A DNA stretch of 22,152 nt. It comes from Octopus sinensis (lineage: Eukaryota). The number at the start of each line of letters is the position of its first letter. Position 1 is the first letter of the stretch. Below, one piece after another: positions 1-9,662 of the stretch. The stretch spans positions 1 through 22,152 of the forward strand of contig NW_021837002.1 of assembly GCF_006345805.1 (NCBI RefSeq). Reading direction: 5' to 3'. Below the pieces are notes generated by a model. That model made no database searches. It saw nothing but the letters and a program-made list of their open reading frames with translations, and was not told where the DNA came from. The translations under genes were made by a program, and so were the position numbers.

Positions 1-478
1 AATGGACGCGCTTTGGGGAAGGCGCTCCAAGTCTTCGCGCCGTCGCAGTCGAAGCCAGTACGGTTCACGCTCGACCGAATCCTCTTCATCTAGTTCCGGT
101 CTTTGTTGGTACCACGCCAGGCACTTCCGCCCAGTTATCCTCAAATCGTGCATTTTTTGTGAGGAAAACCGCGTATCTAACGAGGCGTTTATGGTTGACA
201 CGAGTTCTAGTTGCTCTATTTGGCCTTTGCATCTCGCTACAGACAAACCAAAGCGTTCAGAGATCACCTTGCATGCGGTCATTTGGTCTTCTATTGCGAC
301 TTATGGTCAAATTTCATGAAATGTTGACAGTAATCTTCGCCGTGTGGATCAGCTATTCCAAAGAGCAAACCTACTCATCGACCCTCCACTATATTACCAC
401 CACTGGGCCACCTATCTATATGCTCCAGCTTGGCCTTATTCGCCCCTCCACCAGCCCTTGGGCATCTACCCTTCATAT
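1..478 (+). mobile_element. Degenerate, internally deleted Ty3/Gypsy LTR-retrotransposon fragment (gag C-terminus, aspartic protease, RT N-terminus)
   Basis: Frame +2 has an SR-rich tract then LCWYH (104-115), typical of Gypsy gag ends. It continues with FMVDTSSSCSIWP (protease D[T/S]G-like, D at 197), IATYG and DQLFQRANLLID. Frame +3 has HYITTTGPPI directly followed by MLQLGLIRPSTSPWASTLH (420-476), matching the Gypsy RT-proximal motif ML.LG.IRPS.SPWASPLH. Stops and frameshifts are present. Confidence 0.8.
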
Positions 479-669
479 ATAAATACACACACATATATAT
501 CTATACATATTCATATATACATTAGATACATATATATACATACATATACATATATACATACACATATATTTACATATATGTACATATATACATACACATA
601 TATTTACATATATGTACATATATACATATCTATATATACATACATCTATATGTACATACATGCATATAT

Positions 670-702
<33 letters not shown>

Positions 703-811
703 TATATGTACATACATACTCACACACGCACACACTCATATATATATATATTATATATATATATATACACCCATCCATCCATCCATCCATCCATATATAT
801 ATATATATATT
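476..811. repeat. Compound (TA)n/(TACA)n/(CCAT)n microsatellite
   Basis: Visible directly in the sequence. Confidence 0.95.
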
Positions 812-987
812 CGTTTTTTCAATTGTTTTTAGAAATTTATCTGAAACTGTGTGCTGAAACCGATACTGTTACCCTTTGGGAGAGTATCTGCCAGTAAACA
901 CACTCACCGGTTTTGGTTCACTTCGATTTTTTTGTTAGGTTAACAGAAATTGCTCATCACACCGCTCTGATACGCAAATGGTTTGAA

Positions 988-997
988 TGTGTGTATG

Positions 998-1049
<52 letters not shown>

Positions 1050-1064
1050 TATATATATATATAT
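988..1064. repeat. (TATG)/(TA)n microsatellite
   Basis: Visible directly in the sequence. Confidence 0.95.
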
Positions 1065-1200
1065 GTCGTCAAAATGCAACTGATTTTTTTCCCCTTCTTC
1101 ACTATTTTGAAATTTTATTTCATATCATAAATTGTAACTGAAACAATCTATCGTTTGAATGAAATATTTACTTTGATATTAATAAAAGGAGAAAATATCA
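1065..1200 (+). repeat. About 140-bp dispersed direct repeat, copy 1 (copy 2 at 2202-2343)
   Basis: gtcgtcaaaa...ttcactattttgaaattttatttcatatcataaattgta.ctgaaaca...aaaggagaaaatatca is shared by both loci. Confidence 0.9.
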
Positions 1201-1284
1201 CATACACACATATACACAAACAAAAAAAACACACACACACATACACACATACACATAAGAGACGGCATAATTAAATATATATAT

Positions 1285-1291
1285 ATGTGTG

Positions 1292-1367
<76 letters not shown>
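1285..1367. repeat. (TG)n microsatellite
   Basis: Visible directly in the sequence. Confidence 0.97.
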
Positions 1368-1369
<2 letters not shown>

Positions 1370-1728
1370 GTTGGTAACATGCAATCTAATGAACCTGAAA
1401 TTACTGGGGTTTGTCCGTCAGCAATTAAATCCGTTTACACAAAAGAAATGCCTTGTGAAGAGGATCTGCTTGAAGCTTAGCAGCAAAAGTACAATACTTG
1501 TGTAAAGACACCCGAACTCAGCATGAGGTCAGCGGTCGTATAACAACGAAATACGTGGAACAGAACCACTGGAGATGGTGAACGATCATTCGGTAGTTCA
1601 ATACGATTTTTAAAAAGAATGAAAGAGCGCTGTACATGATTACCACCGACTAGAAAATGTAAGAACTTCGTAATCAGAAAACATTTAAATATGTGAATTC
1701 TGTCGTTCTTCTTTGACGTGATTCCCAA

Positions 1729-1890
1729 TCCTTTAATATAACGAAAGCTTCGTCCGTCCGTTCGTCTGTCCGAAGCCATCAGTAATCAGATAGAGGAAAA
1801 GAGAAGGTGAATGAAATAGAAAGAGAGTGAAAGAAAGAAAGGAAGGAAGAATGAATGGAAGAAAGAAAGAGATATTGAGGAAGAGCGTCA
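1729..1890 (+). mobile_element. Probable Helitron 5' terminus, copy 1 (A|TC start, GTCC-type microrepeat, GA-rich tract)
   Basis: caa|TCCTTTAATATAA...cgtccgtccg...gtccgaagcc.tcagtaat.agatagaggaaaag is homologous to 2463-2610, which lies directly upstream of the Rep/Hel coding region. A 5' TC after a host A is the Helitron hallmark. Confidence 0.45.
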
Positions 1891-2201
1891 GTCCGTCACA
1901 ACATATCAATAACGAAGGAAGGGGTGATAAAAGAGAGGGGGGAAAAAACTATAGTAGAGTTGGAGAAAGAGAGAGGGAGGTTGAGAAGTGGAGTTGAGAA
2001 GGGGATGGAGAAAAAGAGAGACAGAAGGAGAAACACAAAGACAAAGGGAGAGAACATATGCTCATGTAAAAGGAACGTATTTGATTGTTTGCATGTGCGT
2101 GTGTACTGTGGAAGTGTAAGAGAATACTGAACGCTGATGTGTGTGTGTGTGTGTGTGTAAAAGGGAAGTATATGAATGTTTGTATGTATGAAACGGCGTT
2201 T

Positions 2202-2343
2202 GTCGTCAAAAGGAAACTGAATTTTTTTCCTTCTTCTTTCACTATTTTGAAATTTTATTTCATATCATAAATTGTAGCTGAAACATAATCCATCGTTTTG
2301 AATGAAATATTCACTTTGATAATGATAAAAGGAGAAAATATCA
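2202..2343 (+). repeat. About 140-bp dispersed direct repeat, copy 2
   Basis: Homologous to 1065-1200. Confidence 0.9.
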
Positions 2344-2462
2344 CGCATAGAAGAAAAGAAAAATATAATATTTAATCGACCCCTTCCTTCCAGTACCTTC
2401 CCAGCACCTACAGCAAATAAACTGGTTGTGTACATTAATAAGTCACACACCAAATTGTTCAA

Positions 2463-2610
2463 TCCTTACAATAATGACAGCTATGTACGTCCGTTTTGTT
2501 CCGTTTGTCCGAAGCCTTCAGTAATTAGATAGAGGAAAAGAGGTGAATTAAATAGAAAGTGAAAGAAAGAAAGAAAAAAAAAGAAGGAAAGAGATATTGA
2601 GGAAGAAAGG
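2463..2610 (+). mobile_element. Probable Helitron 5' terminus, copy 2
   Basis: caa|TCCTTACAATAAT...gtccgt...gtccgaagccttcagtaattagatagaggaaaag; the homology to 1729-1890 begins around the A|TC. Confidence 0.45.
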
Positions 2611-2742
2611 AGAGAGAGAAAGGGAAGATATACAGATAGGAAGACAAGATGCTGTAGATTCTTAAGCTGCTGGTGTTAAGGAGAGAAAGTGAAAGAAAGA
2701 AAGGAATAGTTCTGTCCACGTACAGGAGGAACAATGAACAAT

Positions 2743-5675
2743 CGTAGATTTGGTGTATGAGGAAACGAATTGTTCAGAACGAATGGCCGTAACAAAATTC
2801 AGAGTAGAGAATAACCAAAAATCTTTACAAATATTAGGTGACTCGCATCGATCATACGACCCAATGTTGCACCCGTATTTTTTTCCTTCTGGCCTAGATG
2901 AGTGGCATTTGGATTAATGAATGAAAATGACAACCGTCAAATTTCAGTAGTTCAATTTTATTGTTATCGCATCATGAAAAGAACAGGATCTACAAAAATA
3001 TTGCAATTAGGTCAGCGTGTGTTTCAGCAATGCTGTGTAGATCAATTTGCCAAAGTACAATCAACGCGTCTACGATATGTTCGTAACAATCAAGCAAACT
3101 TAAGAGCTGATTTATATAATGACTTACAAGATGCTATACTTGCGGGTGATATTGATTGTACAGGTCGTAGATATATATTGCCAAGTTCATTTACAAGAAG
3201 TCCGCGATGCATGGCAAAAACACTACCAGGATACAATGACCATAGAAAGTTTGGCAAATCTACTTTATTTTTGACTTTTACATGCAACCCGAAATGACAT
3301 GAAATAGTTAACGAGCTTTCTGTGGGCCAGACGGCGGTTGACCGACCAGATATCACTTCAGGAGTATTTAAATTAAAGCAACAACAACTATTGCACGATA
3401 TCAAATCAGGAGTCTTTGGGAAACGTATTGCTCATGTGAACACAGTGGAATTTCAAAAAAGAGGATTACCTCACTGCCATTTCTTATTCGTAATACAAAA
3501 TCATCACAACACATGGCAAGAAATTGATAAAATTCTTCCGGCTGAACTTCCTAATCCCCAAAACCCATTAATGTCACATCTTTATTCCTTGGTGAAGAAA
3601 CACATGATACATGGATCCTGCGGAAAAAGATAATGGTGTTTGTAGTAAAAGATATCAAAGAGATTACAGATCACACACCTTAATTGGAAATGATTCTTAT
3701 CCACAATATCATCGCCGAAACCCTCGAGGTGGTGGCTTCACAGCTTCAATTCATACTGGAAATAGAGAAATTGTTGTTGATAATCGTTATGTACTTCCTT
3801 ATAATGCTTGGTTGTTGCAGAAGTACGAGGAGCATATTAATCTTGAATACTGTGCATCTATTAAGGCTGTGAAATATCTTTACAAGTACGTTTTAAAAGG
3901 TGTTGACCATGCGACAGTTTCTTTACACAGATAAGATGGCGTAGCTCTTAATGTTGGCAACGAAAATCAAATGGATGACAATTCGAATTACGAAAATTGC
4001 CGCTATATTGGAGCGTTAGAGGCTTGCTGTAGATTATTTGAGTTTCCAGTTCAGCAAAGGTAGCCTGCTGTTGAATGCTTGCCGATACACTAGCCATATC
4101 AACAGATGATTGTGTTTAATCTGAATCATGAACAAGAAGCTTTAGCAAAAAATAGATCGATCAAATTGACAGCATATTTCAAGATGAATGAAGAAGATCC
4201 TCTAGCAAAAGATATCCTCTGTTGTGACTTTCCATAACATTATACTTGGTGTAACAATAATAAAAGTTGGAGGAGAAGAGTTAGGCAAAGTGACGATATT
4301 CCAGAAGCTATTGGTAGAATGTATGCAGTACATCCATCGCAAGGGGAGCTATTTTATCTTAGACTGTTACTTCAACAGAAAGCAGGAGCGGCAAGCTTTG
4401 AAAATTTAATCACAATTAACAGTGTTGCTTGCAAAAATTTTAAGCACGCATGTCAAATGATGAATCTATTAGAAAATGATCAAGAATGGGAACTTTGTCT
4501 AAATGAGGCAAGAACTATATGTCCAGTGAATGATTGACGAAATTTGTTTGTCAGTATTCTTCAGTTTTGCTCACCATCCACTAGAATTATACAACATGTT
4601 TCGCGAAGATCTTTGCCAGGATTACTTCCATCAAATGAGACAACAGAATTTTTCTCATGAAGCAGCTTTGGATATTACCCTGAAAAAAATGCTGTGTGAA
4701 CTGGATCATCGCATGGGTCAGCTGACCGTAGTACAATATTTTTTGGATTGCCTGCTGCTATTCATGATCTCCGAATGAATAATGTTCTACTTCATGAAGA
4801 TGAGATGGATCCAAATACAGAAGAATGTTTCAATGCTAACATCCATATGCTAAATAATGACCAGAGAATCATTTTTGAAAATATTCAACAGAGAATTGAT
4901 AGAAATGAAGGTGATTTGATATTTATTGATGCACCCGGAGGTACTGGTAAAACCTTTCTTCTTAATATATTACTGTCTTATGTGCATAAAAACAACCAGC
5001 TAGCTACTACAGCATCATCAGGCATTGCTGCGACACTATTGAAGCCAGGTTGCACTGCTCACTCTCGATTCAAGCAGCCCATACCGGTAAACTGTTATTC
5101 AGCATGCAAAATATCTCCTCTTAATGTCACTGGCCGTTTGCTTCATGATGCACGCTTGATTGTTTGGGACGAGGCACTAGTGTGTCATCGTTATCTATTT
5201 GAAGCGCTGAAACGAACACTGAAGGATGTAATGAACAACGACTTGATCTTTGGCGGCAAATTGATAATTTTAGGTGGTGATTTCCGTCAAATTCTTCTAG
5301 TGGTTCGAAGAGCACAAAAGTCTTCTCTAATTGGAGCATGTTTGAAAAAAAATCCGTAATTTGGCACGAATGCGAAGTACTTCATCTCACCACTAATATG
5401 AGAGTGCCAAACTTTCTCAGCAATAATGAAACCACGTCTCAAGCTAGACTGGCATATCATTCTGTGTGGTTATTGTAAGTTGGAAATGGAAGAATCCCCA
5501 ATGTTCAAAGACAATTATATGATGATATAATAGAGATGACTCAGCAATTTCAAGTCAACAGCAAAGGGATTTGATCAAGCATGTCTATGAAGATTTAGAG
5601 GTTAATTTTAACAACGCCCAATAGTTATCATCACGAGCAATATTAACAACAAAGAATGAAGAAGTTGACAATCAA
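2743..5675 (+). pseudogene. Helitron Rep/Helicase (HUH endonuclease + PIF1-family SF1 helicase), decayed, 5'- and 3'-truncated
   Basis: Pieces across frames: SYDPMLHPYFFP, ILPSSFT, Rep motif 1 FTCNPK, HUH motif VEFQKRGLPHCHFL, motif 3 KYLYKYVLKG, GELFYLRLLL. Helicase motifs: Walker A DAPGGTGKT, SSGIAATLL, TAHSRFK, Walker B IVWDEA, FGGKLIILGGDFRQIL, LTTNMRV, RAILTTKN. Many stops and frameshifts; C-terminal helicase motifs are absent. Confidence 0.95.
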
Positions 5676-5803
5676 AAGCAAATTCATTATGGAACTAAAG
5701 AATAAATTTGCTTTGCTTGAGGCGATTCCAGAAGATATTGACACAGGAGGGAAAAAGACAAACTCCAATAAAGCATTCAACCAGACAGCCAAAGAAGTAC
5801 TGT
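5672..5803 (+). mobile_element. Short RTE-like LINE fragment (endonuclease-RT linker region)
   Basis: Reads IKSKFIMELKNKFALLEAIPEDIDT...KAFNQTAKEVL, resembling the F.LEL.NRF..L...E.I...W......F..TA.EVLG linker of RTE-clade LINEs. Short and judged by eye. Confidence 0.45.
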
Positions 5804-6012
5804 TGATCGTGATATATTGATACGCGTCTGGAAGGAATACAGTTATCACATTGATGTTGCTCGTGTTGCAGGTGGTCACCACACTGAACACTTGTAAGAC
5901 AGGAAATAAAAGTTGATTGTGAGTAAATACTTGTGACTTAGCTGGAGTTTTCTATTGCTTTTCTTTATAAAAATATTGCGTAATGAAATCGGTTCATTCT
6001 TTTTGAATAACC

Positions 6013-6015
<3 letters not shown>
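5802..6015 (+). mobile_element. 3' end of a Tc1/mariner-superfamily transposon (transposase C-terminus + right TIR)
   Basis: VDRDILIRVWKEYSYHIDVARVAGGHHTEHL* (stop 5895-5897) matches the RVW.E..YR.DV.R...G.HIEHL C-terminus. It ends in cattctttttgaataaccatg|TA; the reverse complement CATGGTTATTCAAAAAGAATG resembles a CAGGGT-type TIR followed by a TA target site. Confidence 0.75.
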
Positions 6016-6072
<57 letters not shown>

Positions 6073-6098
6073 GAGAGAGAGAGAGAGGAGAGAGAGAG
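6016..6098. repeat. (TA)n(GA)n microsatellite grown from the TA target site
   Basis: Visible directly in the sequence. Confidence 0.9.
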
Positions 6099-6101
6099 TT
6101 G

Positions 6102-6265
6102 AACTAGGGACAGCTGATGAAGGGGATTTTTCCTGTGTAGTTGTCTTGTACTCTGTTTTTTCTTTGTTAAAAAATGGTCCGTTCCCTGCTTGTTTTTACT
6201 TTTTCGTTTTCGTTTTTCGTTTCTCGTTTAGTTCTACGTCTAATTGTGGTGCCCTGTACTCACGT
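6102..6265 (+). mobile_element. Possible Penelope-type pseudo-LTR tail fragment
   Basis: cagCTGATGAagg followed by a long T-rich tail ending in a TA microsatellite, the same architecture as the hammerhead-bearing tails elsewhere in the window. No GAAA core half is present. Confidence 0.35.
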
Positions 6266-6427
6266 ATATATATTTATATATGCATGTATATATACATGTA
6301 GATGTAGGTACGTACATATATGTCTGTATGTATGCATATATTTTATTTATTACACTATTGTATGACTGAGCGCCATCGCGTCGATTCGATTCGTTTCGTT
6401 TCGTTTCTCCTTCTTCTCTAAGCCAGT

Positions 6428-6464
<37 letters not shown>

Positions 6465-6467
<3 letters not shown>

Positions 6468-6680
6468 CAGAGTAAGCACATAAATGCAAAACAAGGTGGA
6501 AAAAATAGTAGTCGCATACCAGATGTAGAGTAATATGCTTTATTAAAAAGCAGCAAAATATCACAAAAACTGTTACTCAGAATTTCACATTTCCGTTCGT
6601 CGGACAGTTTTGTTTAGAATCTAAACTGTCCGACGAATGGAAACGTGAAACTCCGAGTGATATTTTTGCTGTTTTTTTTA
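6465..6680. repeat. Inverted duplication (arms about 6551-6610 and 6623-6672) of a hammerhead-bearing Penelope-type repeat end
   Basis: The left arm is the reverse complement of the right arm except for 12 bp missing from the right arm and a few transitions. The centre gtttagaatctaaac is itself self-complementary. Confidence 0.85.
6567..6610 (-). ncRNA. Type I hammerhead-ribozyme-like motif, family 1 (U4C core variant)
   Basis: Minus strand: AAACUGU-CCGACGA-ACG(GAAA)UGU-GAAA-UUC(U)GAG-UA^-ACAGUUU. Stem I is 7 bp, stem II is 3 bp with a GNRA loop, stem III is quasi-palindromic, and the cleavage triplet is GUA. Confidence 0.65.
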
Positions 6681-6801
6681 CAGATATAGGGTGAAGGATA
6701 ATTAATTTAATAAAAATCAACAAATTTCACCTAGTAGTTTTTCGGTATGGAAAATGACCATATTCGGTAAAAACTTATACAAAAGTTTTTTTTATATATA
6801 A

Positions 6802-7163
6802 TCTCTCTATATATAAACGGCAAAATGTCTGTGTGCGTGTCCTTTATACAAATTCACAATTTTTCAGTTAGAGGGCTCGCATTTTCTGGTCATTCAGAGC
6901 CATCCAAGGATGGTCGTGCACATCTTTACATTTCCCCAGTCACCTCGCAAAGTCATTAAAAAATCAATAGAAGTGACTATTTTGTGAATTTTCTATCCAA
7001 AACCCAATCAAAATGCCCGAAACTTGATACGCCAATTGAATGCCAACTAGCTGTGTGTGATTAGTCGGAGATCTGGACAGTACTAGCGTGTATGTGCGCA
7101 TGCACGCAGCTGTATATACAAGCACTAGCACTATGACCCGGCGTTGCTGGGTCATAGTGCTAG
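6802..7163 (+). mobile_element. Non-autonomous Helitron (about 360 bp)
   Basis: Starts A|TCTCTCTATATATAAA and ends with a GC-rich hairpin and CTAG|T; inserted between A and T with no TSD. Confidence 0.75.
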
Positions 7164-7346
7164 TTATAGCAATAAGGGTTTTGCAACAAGTTGCTTGACC
7201 ACATACCGAAAATTTTAGAAATAGCAGCCAAAAGACTACTATTTCTTTTTCTACAAAAATATGTCTCCACAGACAACAATATTTGTAACTCACACATGGC
7301 AAAAAGAAGAAAATTAATGAAATCAAACAATCTTCGATTATTGTTA

Positions 7347-7393
<47 letters not shown>

Positions 7394-7399
7394 ATATAA

Positions 7400-8381
7400 T
7401 ATATAAATTTATATATGAGGATAATATCGATATTTAAGTGTCGAAATTATCAAGTGGCCAGCATGAAAGAAATACCTTACAAAGGTAAAAAAATTTTTAA
7501 CAATTAAAATGAGGGTGTCTAAAAGCACCAACATGCCGAAATAGCAGTCGAAACACTGACTATAGTACCACGTAATGTTCATATCGCACCATGAGGTAAG
7601 CGGAGGGACAAACATACAAGCAAAAATTATTGAATAATTCAGATCCAAGGATTTCTGGTTTGCTTTAGATAAGCTTTACCGTCATCAATTGAATATATCA
7701 AGTACATAAATACAGATATATAATGCACAACAAACGATAAAGCAAAACCAGAAATCCTTGATCTTGAATTATTCAATAATTTTTGCTTGTATGTTTTGTC
7801 CCTCCGCTTTACCTCATGGTGCGATATGAACATTTAACGTGGTACTAGTCAGTGTTTCGACTGCTATTTCGGCATGTTGGTGTCTTTTAGACACCCTCAT
7901 TTTTAATTGTTAAAATTTTTTTACCTTTGTAAGGTATTTCTTTCATGCTGGCCACTTGATAATTTCGACACTTAAATATCGATATTATCCTCATATATAA
8001 ATTTATATAATTCGTTATTATATTCACTGCGGTGCTTATTTTAACCATATCGTACTTATGCGGTGATTTGGCGGGCGATTCAGACTGGCTGTGTCCATAC
8101 GTGCATATGTATGTATGACGACGCTCGTATATGTAAGTATATCGTTTGCTGTTGCATATATATATCTGTATTTATGTACCCTTGATATATTCAATTGATG
8201 ACGGTAAAGCTTATCTAAAGCAGAACCAGAAATCCTTGGATCTTGAATTATTCAATAATTTTTGCTTGTATGTTTTGTCCCTCCGCTTTACCTCATGGTG
8301 CGATATGAACATTTAACGTGGTACTATAGTCAGTGTTTCGACTGCTATTTCGGCATGTTGGTGTCTTTTAGACACCCTCAT

Positions 8382-8389
<8 letters not shown>
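7400..8389. repeat. Inverted + tandem repeat complex of a 478-bp unit
   Basis: 7400-7667 is the reverse complement of 7738-8009. 7738-7908 recurs at 8216-8389 (period 478). The 70-bp spacer 7668-7737 recurs inverted at about 8141-8215. Confidence 0.92.
8189..8248 (+). ncRNA. Type I hammerhead-ribozyme-like motif, family 2 (second copy on minus strand at 7637-7696; partial copy at 7738-7772)
   Basis: AUUCAA-UUGAUGA-c-GGU aaa GCUU(aucua)AAGC aga ACC-a-GAAA-UCC(uu)GGA-UC^-UUGAAU. Stem I is 6 bp, stem II is bipartite, stem III is near-palindromic and the triplet is AUC. Deviations: C3U and a C.A mismatch at the base of stem II. Confidence 0.65.
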
Positions 8390-8414
<25 letters not shown>

Positions 8415-8512
8415 GTTGAAATTTACAGAAAAACAAAAGACGAAGACAGGTGTATGAGCAACAAGCAGGTGTATTAGTTTGACGCTCGGGAAAGGGAAAA
8501 AGTCTTTTACGT
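8415..8512 (-). mobile_element. Penelope-type repeat tail related to 14936-15045, truncated at ACGT
   Basis: Minus strand acgtaaaagactt...ttcccgagcgtcaaa...T-rich...aactatata parallels acgtggaaccctt...ttcctgagcgtccaa...aactatata. Confidence 0.5.
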
Positions 8513-8656
8513 ACACACACAAAGACAGAAAGAGACAGAGAAAGGGAGAGGGGGAGAGAGGCAGATAGAGAGAGTCAACACTGTTAAATATAGAATGTTT
8601 TAAAAGATAACCTTAAATATTCCACCCGTCCTACTATATGTAATGACAACTGATTA

Positions 8657-9073
8657 GGGATCTTTTTGGTTTGAACGGCAGTTTTTTCCAGATGTGTCAT
8701 ATGAAATTGTCACCCATAATTATGACCCTAGTATCGATCTATTGCATTTCAATCTATTTTAGGGTTAGGGTTAGTTAGGGTTAGGGTTAGGGGTGGGAGG
8801 TAGGGTATCTTTTTTTCTTCACAAATGTAAATAAACCCAATCTGTTTCTTAAACGAGGGACATATTCATACGGCACAGAATGTTTTGTACCTCAATGTTT
8901 GGTTGAAATTGCAGAAATTGAAGAAAAAAAAATCTTAAAAACTATAGAATTGTCTCAATAAAGCCAAGAGAAAAAGATGTTTTATAAATACATTCTACCA
9001 GTATACGAAGTTTAAAATTTTTTAGTTACCTAGAAATTATGTTAAAAACTGCCGTTCAAACCGAAAAGATCCC
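8657..9073. mobile_element. MITE with 30-bp TIRs, TA flanks and internal telomeric hexamers
   Basis: The left TIR GGGATCTTTTTGGTTTGAACGGCAGTTTTT matches the right TIR at 29/30. TA at 8655-8656 and 9074-9075. Confidence 0.88.
8759..8792 (+). repeat. Interstitial (TTAGGG)n, five hexamers plus one TTAG
   Basis: ttagggttagggttagttagggttagggttaggg inside the MITE. Confidence 0.9.
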
Positions 9074-9416
9074 TAATTAGACCTACACTCAACCAAACAA
9101 CGAAATCCCTTTCAGCTTTTAGACTAACTTATATAATTTCGGCCAAACATTTCTACTAATTTTTCTTTTTATAATGGTGAATTATCTAACTTATGTAGTG
9201 ATTATTTTCCTGAGTAGACTTCGTAATCAACGTCGGTTGGTCATCAATTTATAACGTGTTCGAACATGGAAAAGATAATAAATATATATGTTTATTGAGT
9301 AGAAATCTATAGTGATAAACCCGTCACTTATAACTTAATTATAAGTATTATCACTATACATAAATCTTAACTCAGGCTGCGTAAACACCGTGGTGAATTA
9401 TACAAGACGCTGAACG

Positions 9417-9631
9417 CTCTTTGCTCATTGCTCTTTTGCTTGTTTTAGTCATTTGACTGCGGCCGTGCTGGAGCACCGCCTTTAGTCGAGCAAATCGACC
9501 CCGGGACTTATTCTTTGTAAGCCCAGTACTTATTCTATCGGTCTCTTTTGCCGAACCGCTAAGTGACGGGGACGTAAACACACCAGCATCGGTTGTCAAG
9601 CAATGCTAGGGGGACAAACACAGACACACAA

Positions 9632-9662
<31 letters not shown>

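Noticed and set aside
845-875. Hammerhead-like GAAACCGATA-ctgtt
   Set aside because: No CUGANGA and no complementary stem I strand upstream.
4748-5359. Host PIF1 helicase gene
   Set aside because: It is collinear with an upstream HUH Rep domain, intronless and full of stops and frameshifts, so it is a Helitron remnant.
6106-6150. Additional hammerhead at gacag-CTGATGA-agg...cct...ttgtc
   Set aside because: CUGAUGA and possible stems I and II are present, but the GAAA half of the core and stem III are missing; at best a remnant.
7505-7560. Opposite-polarity hammerhead in the 478-bp unit (atgag-ggtgtc...gacacc...ccgaaatagcagtc)
   Set aside because: A hairpin and GAAA exist, but the CUG of the core and a consistent stem I/III cannot be drawn.
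8759-8792. True telomere or chromosome fusion scar
   Set aside because: Only five hexamers, on one strand, enclosed by MITE TIRs.
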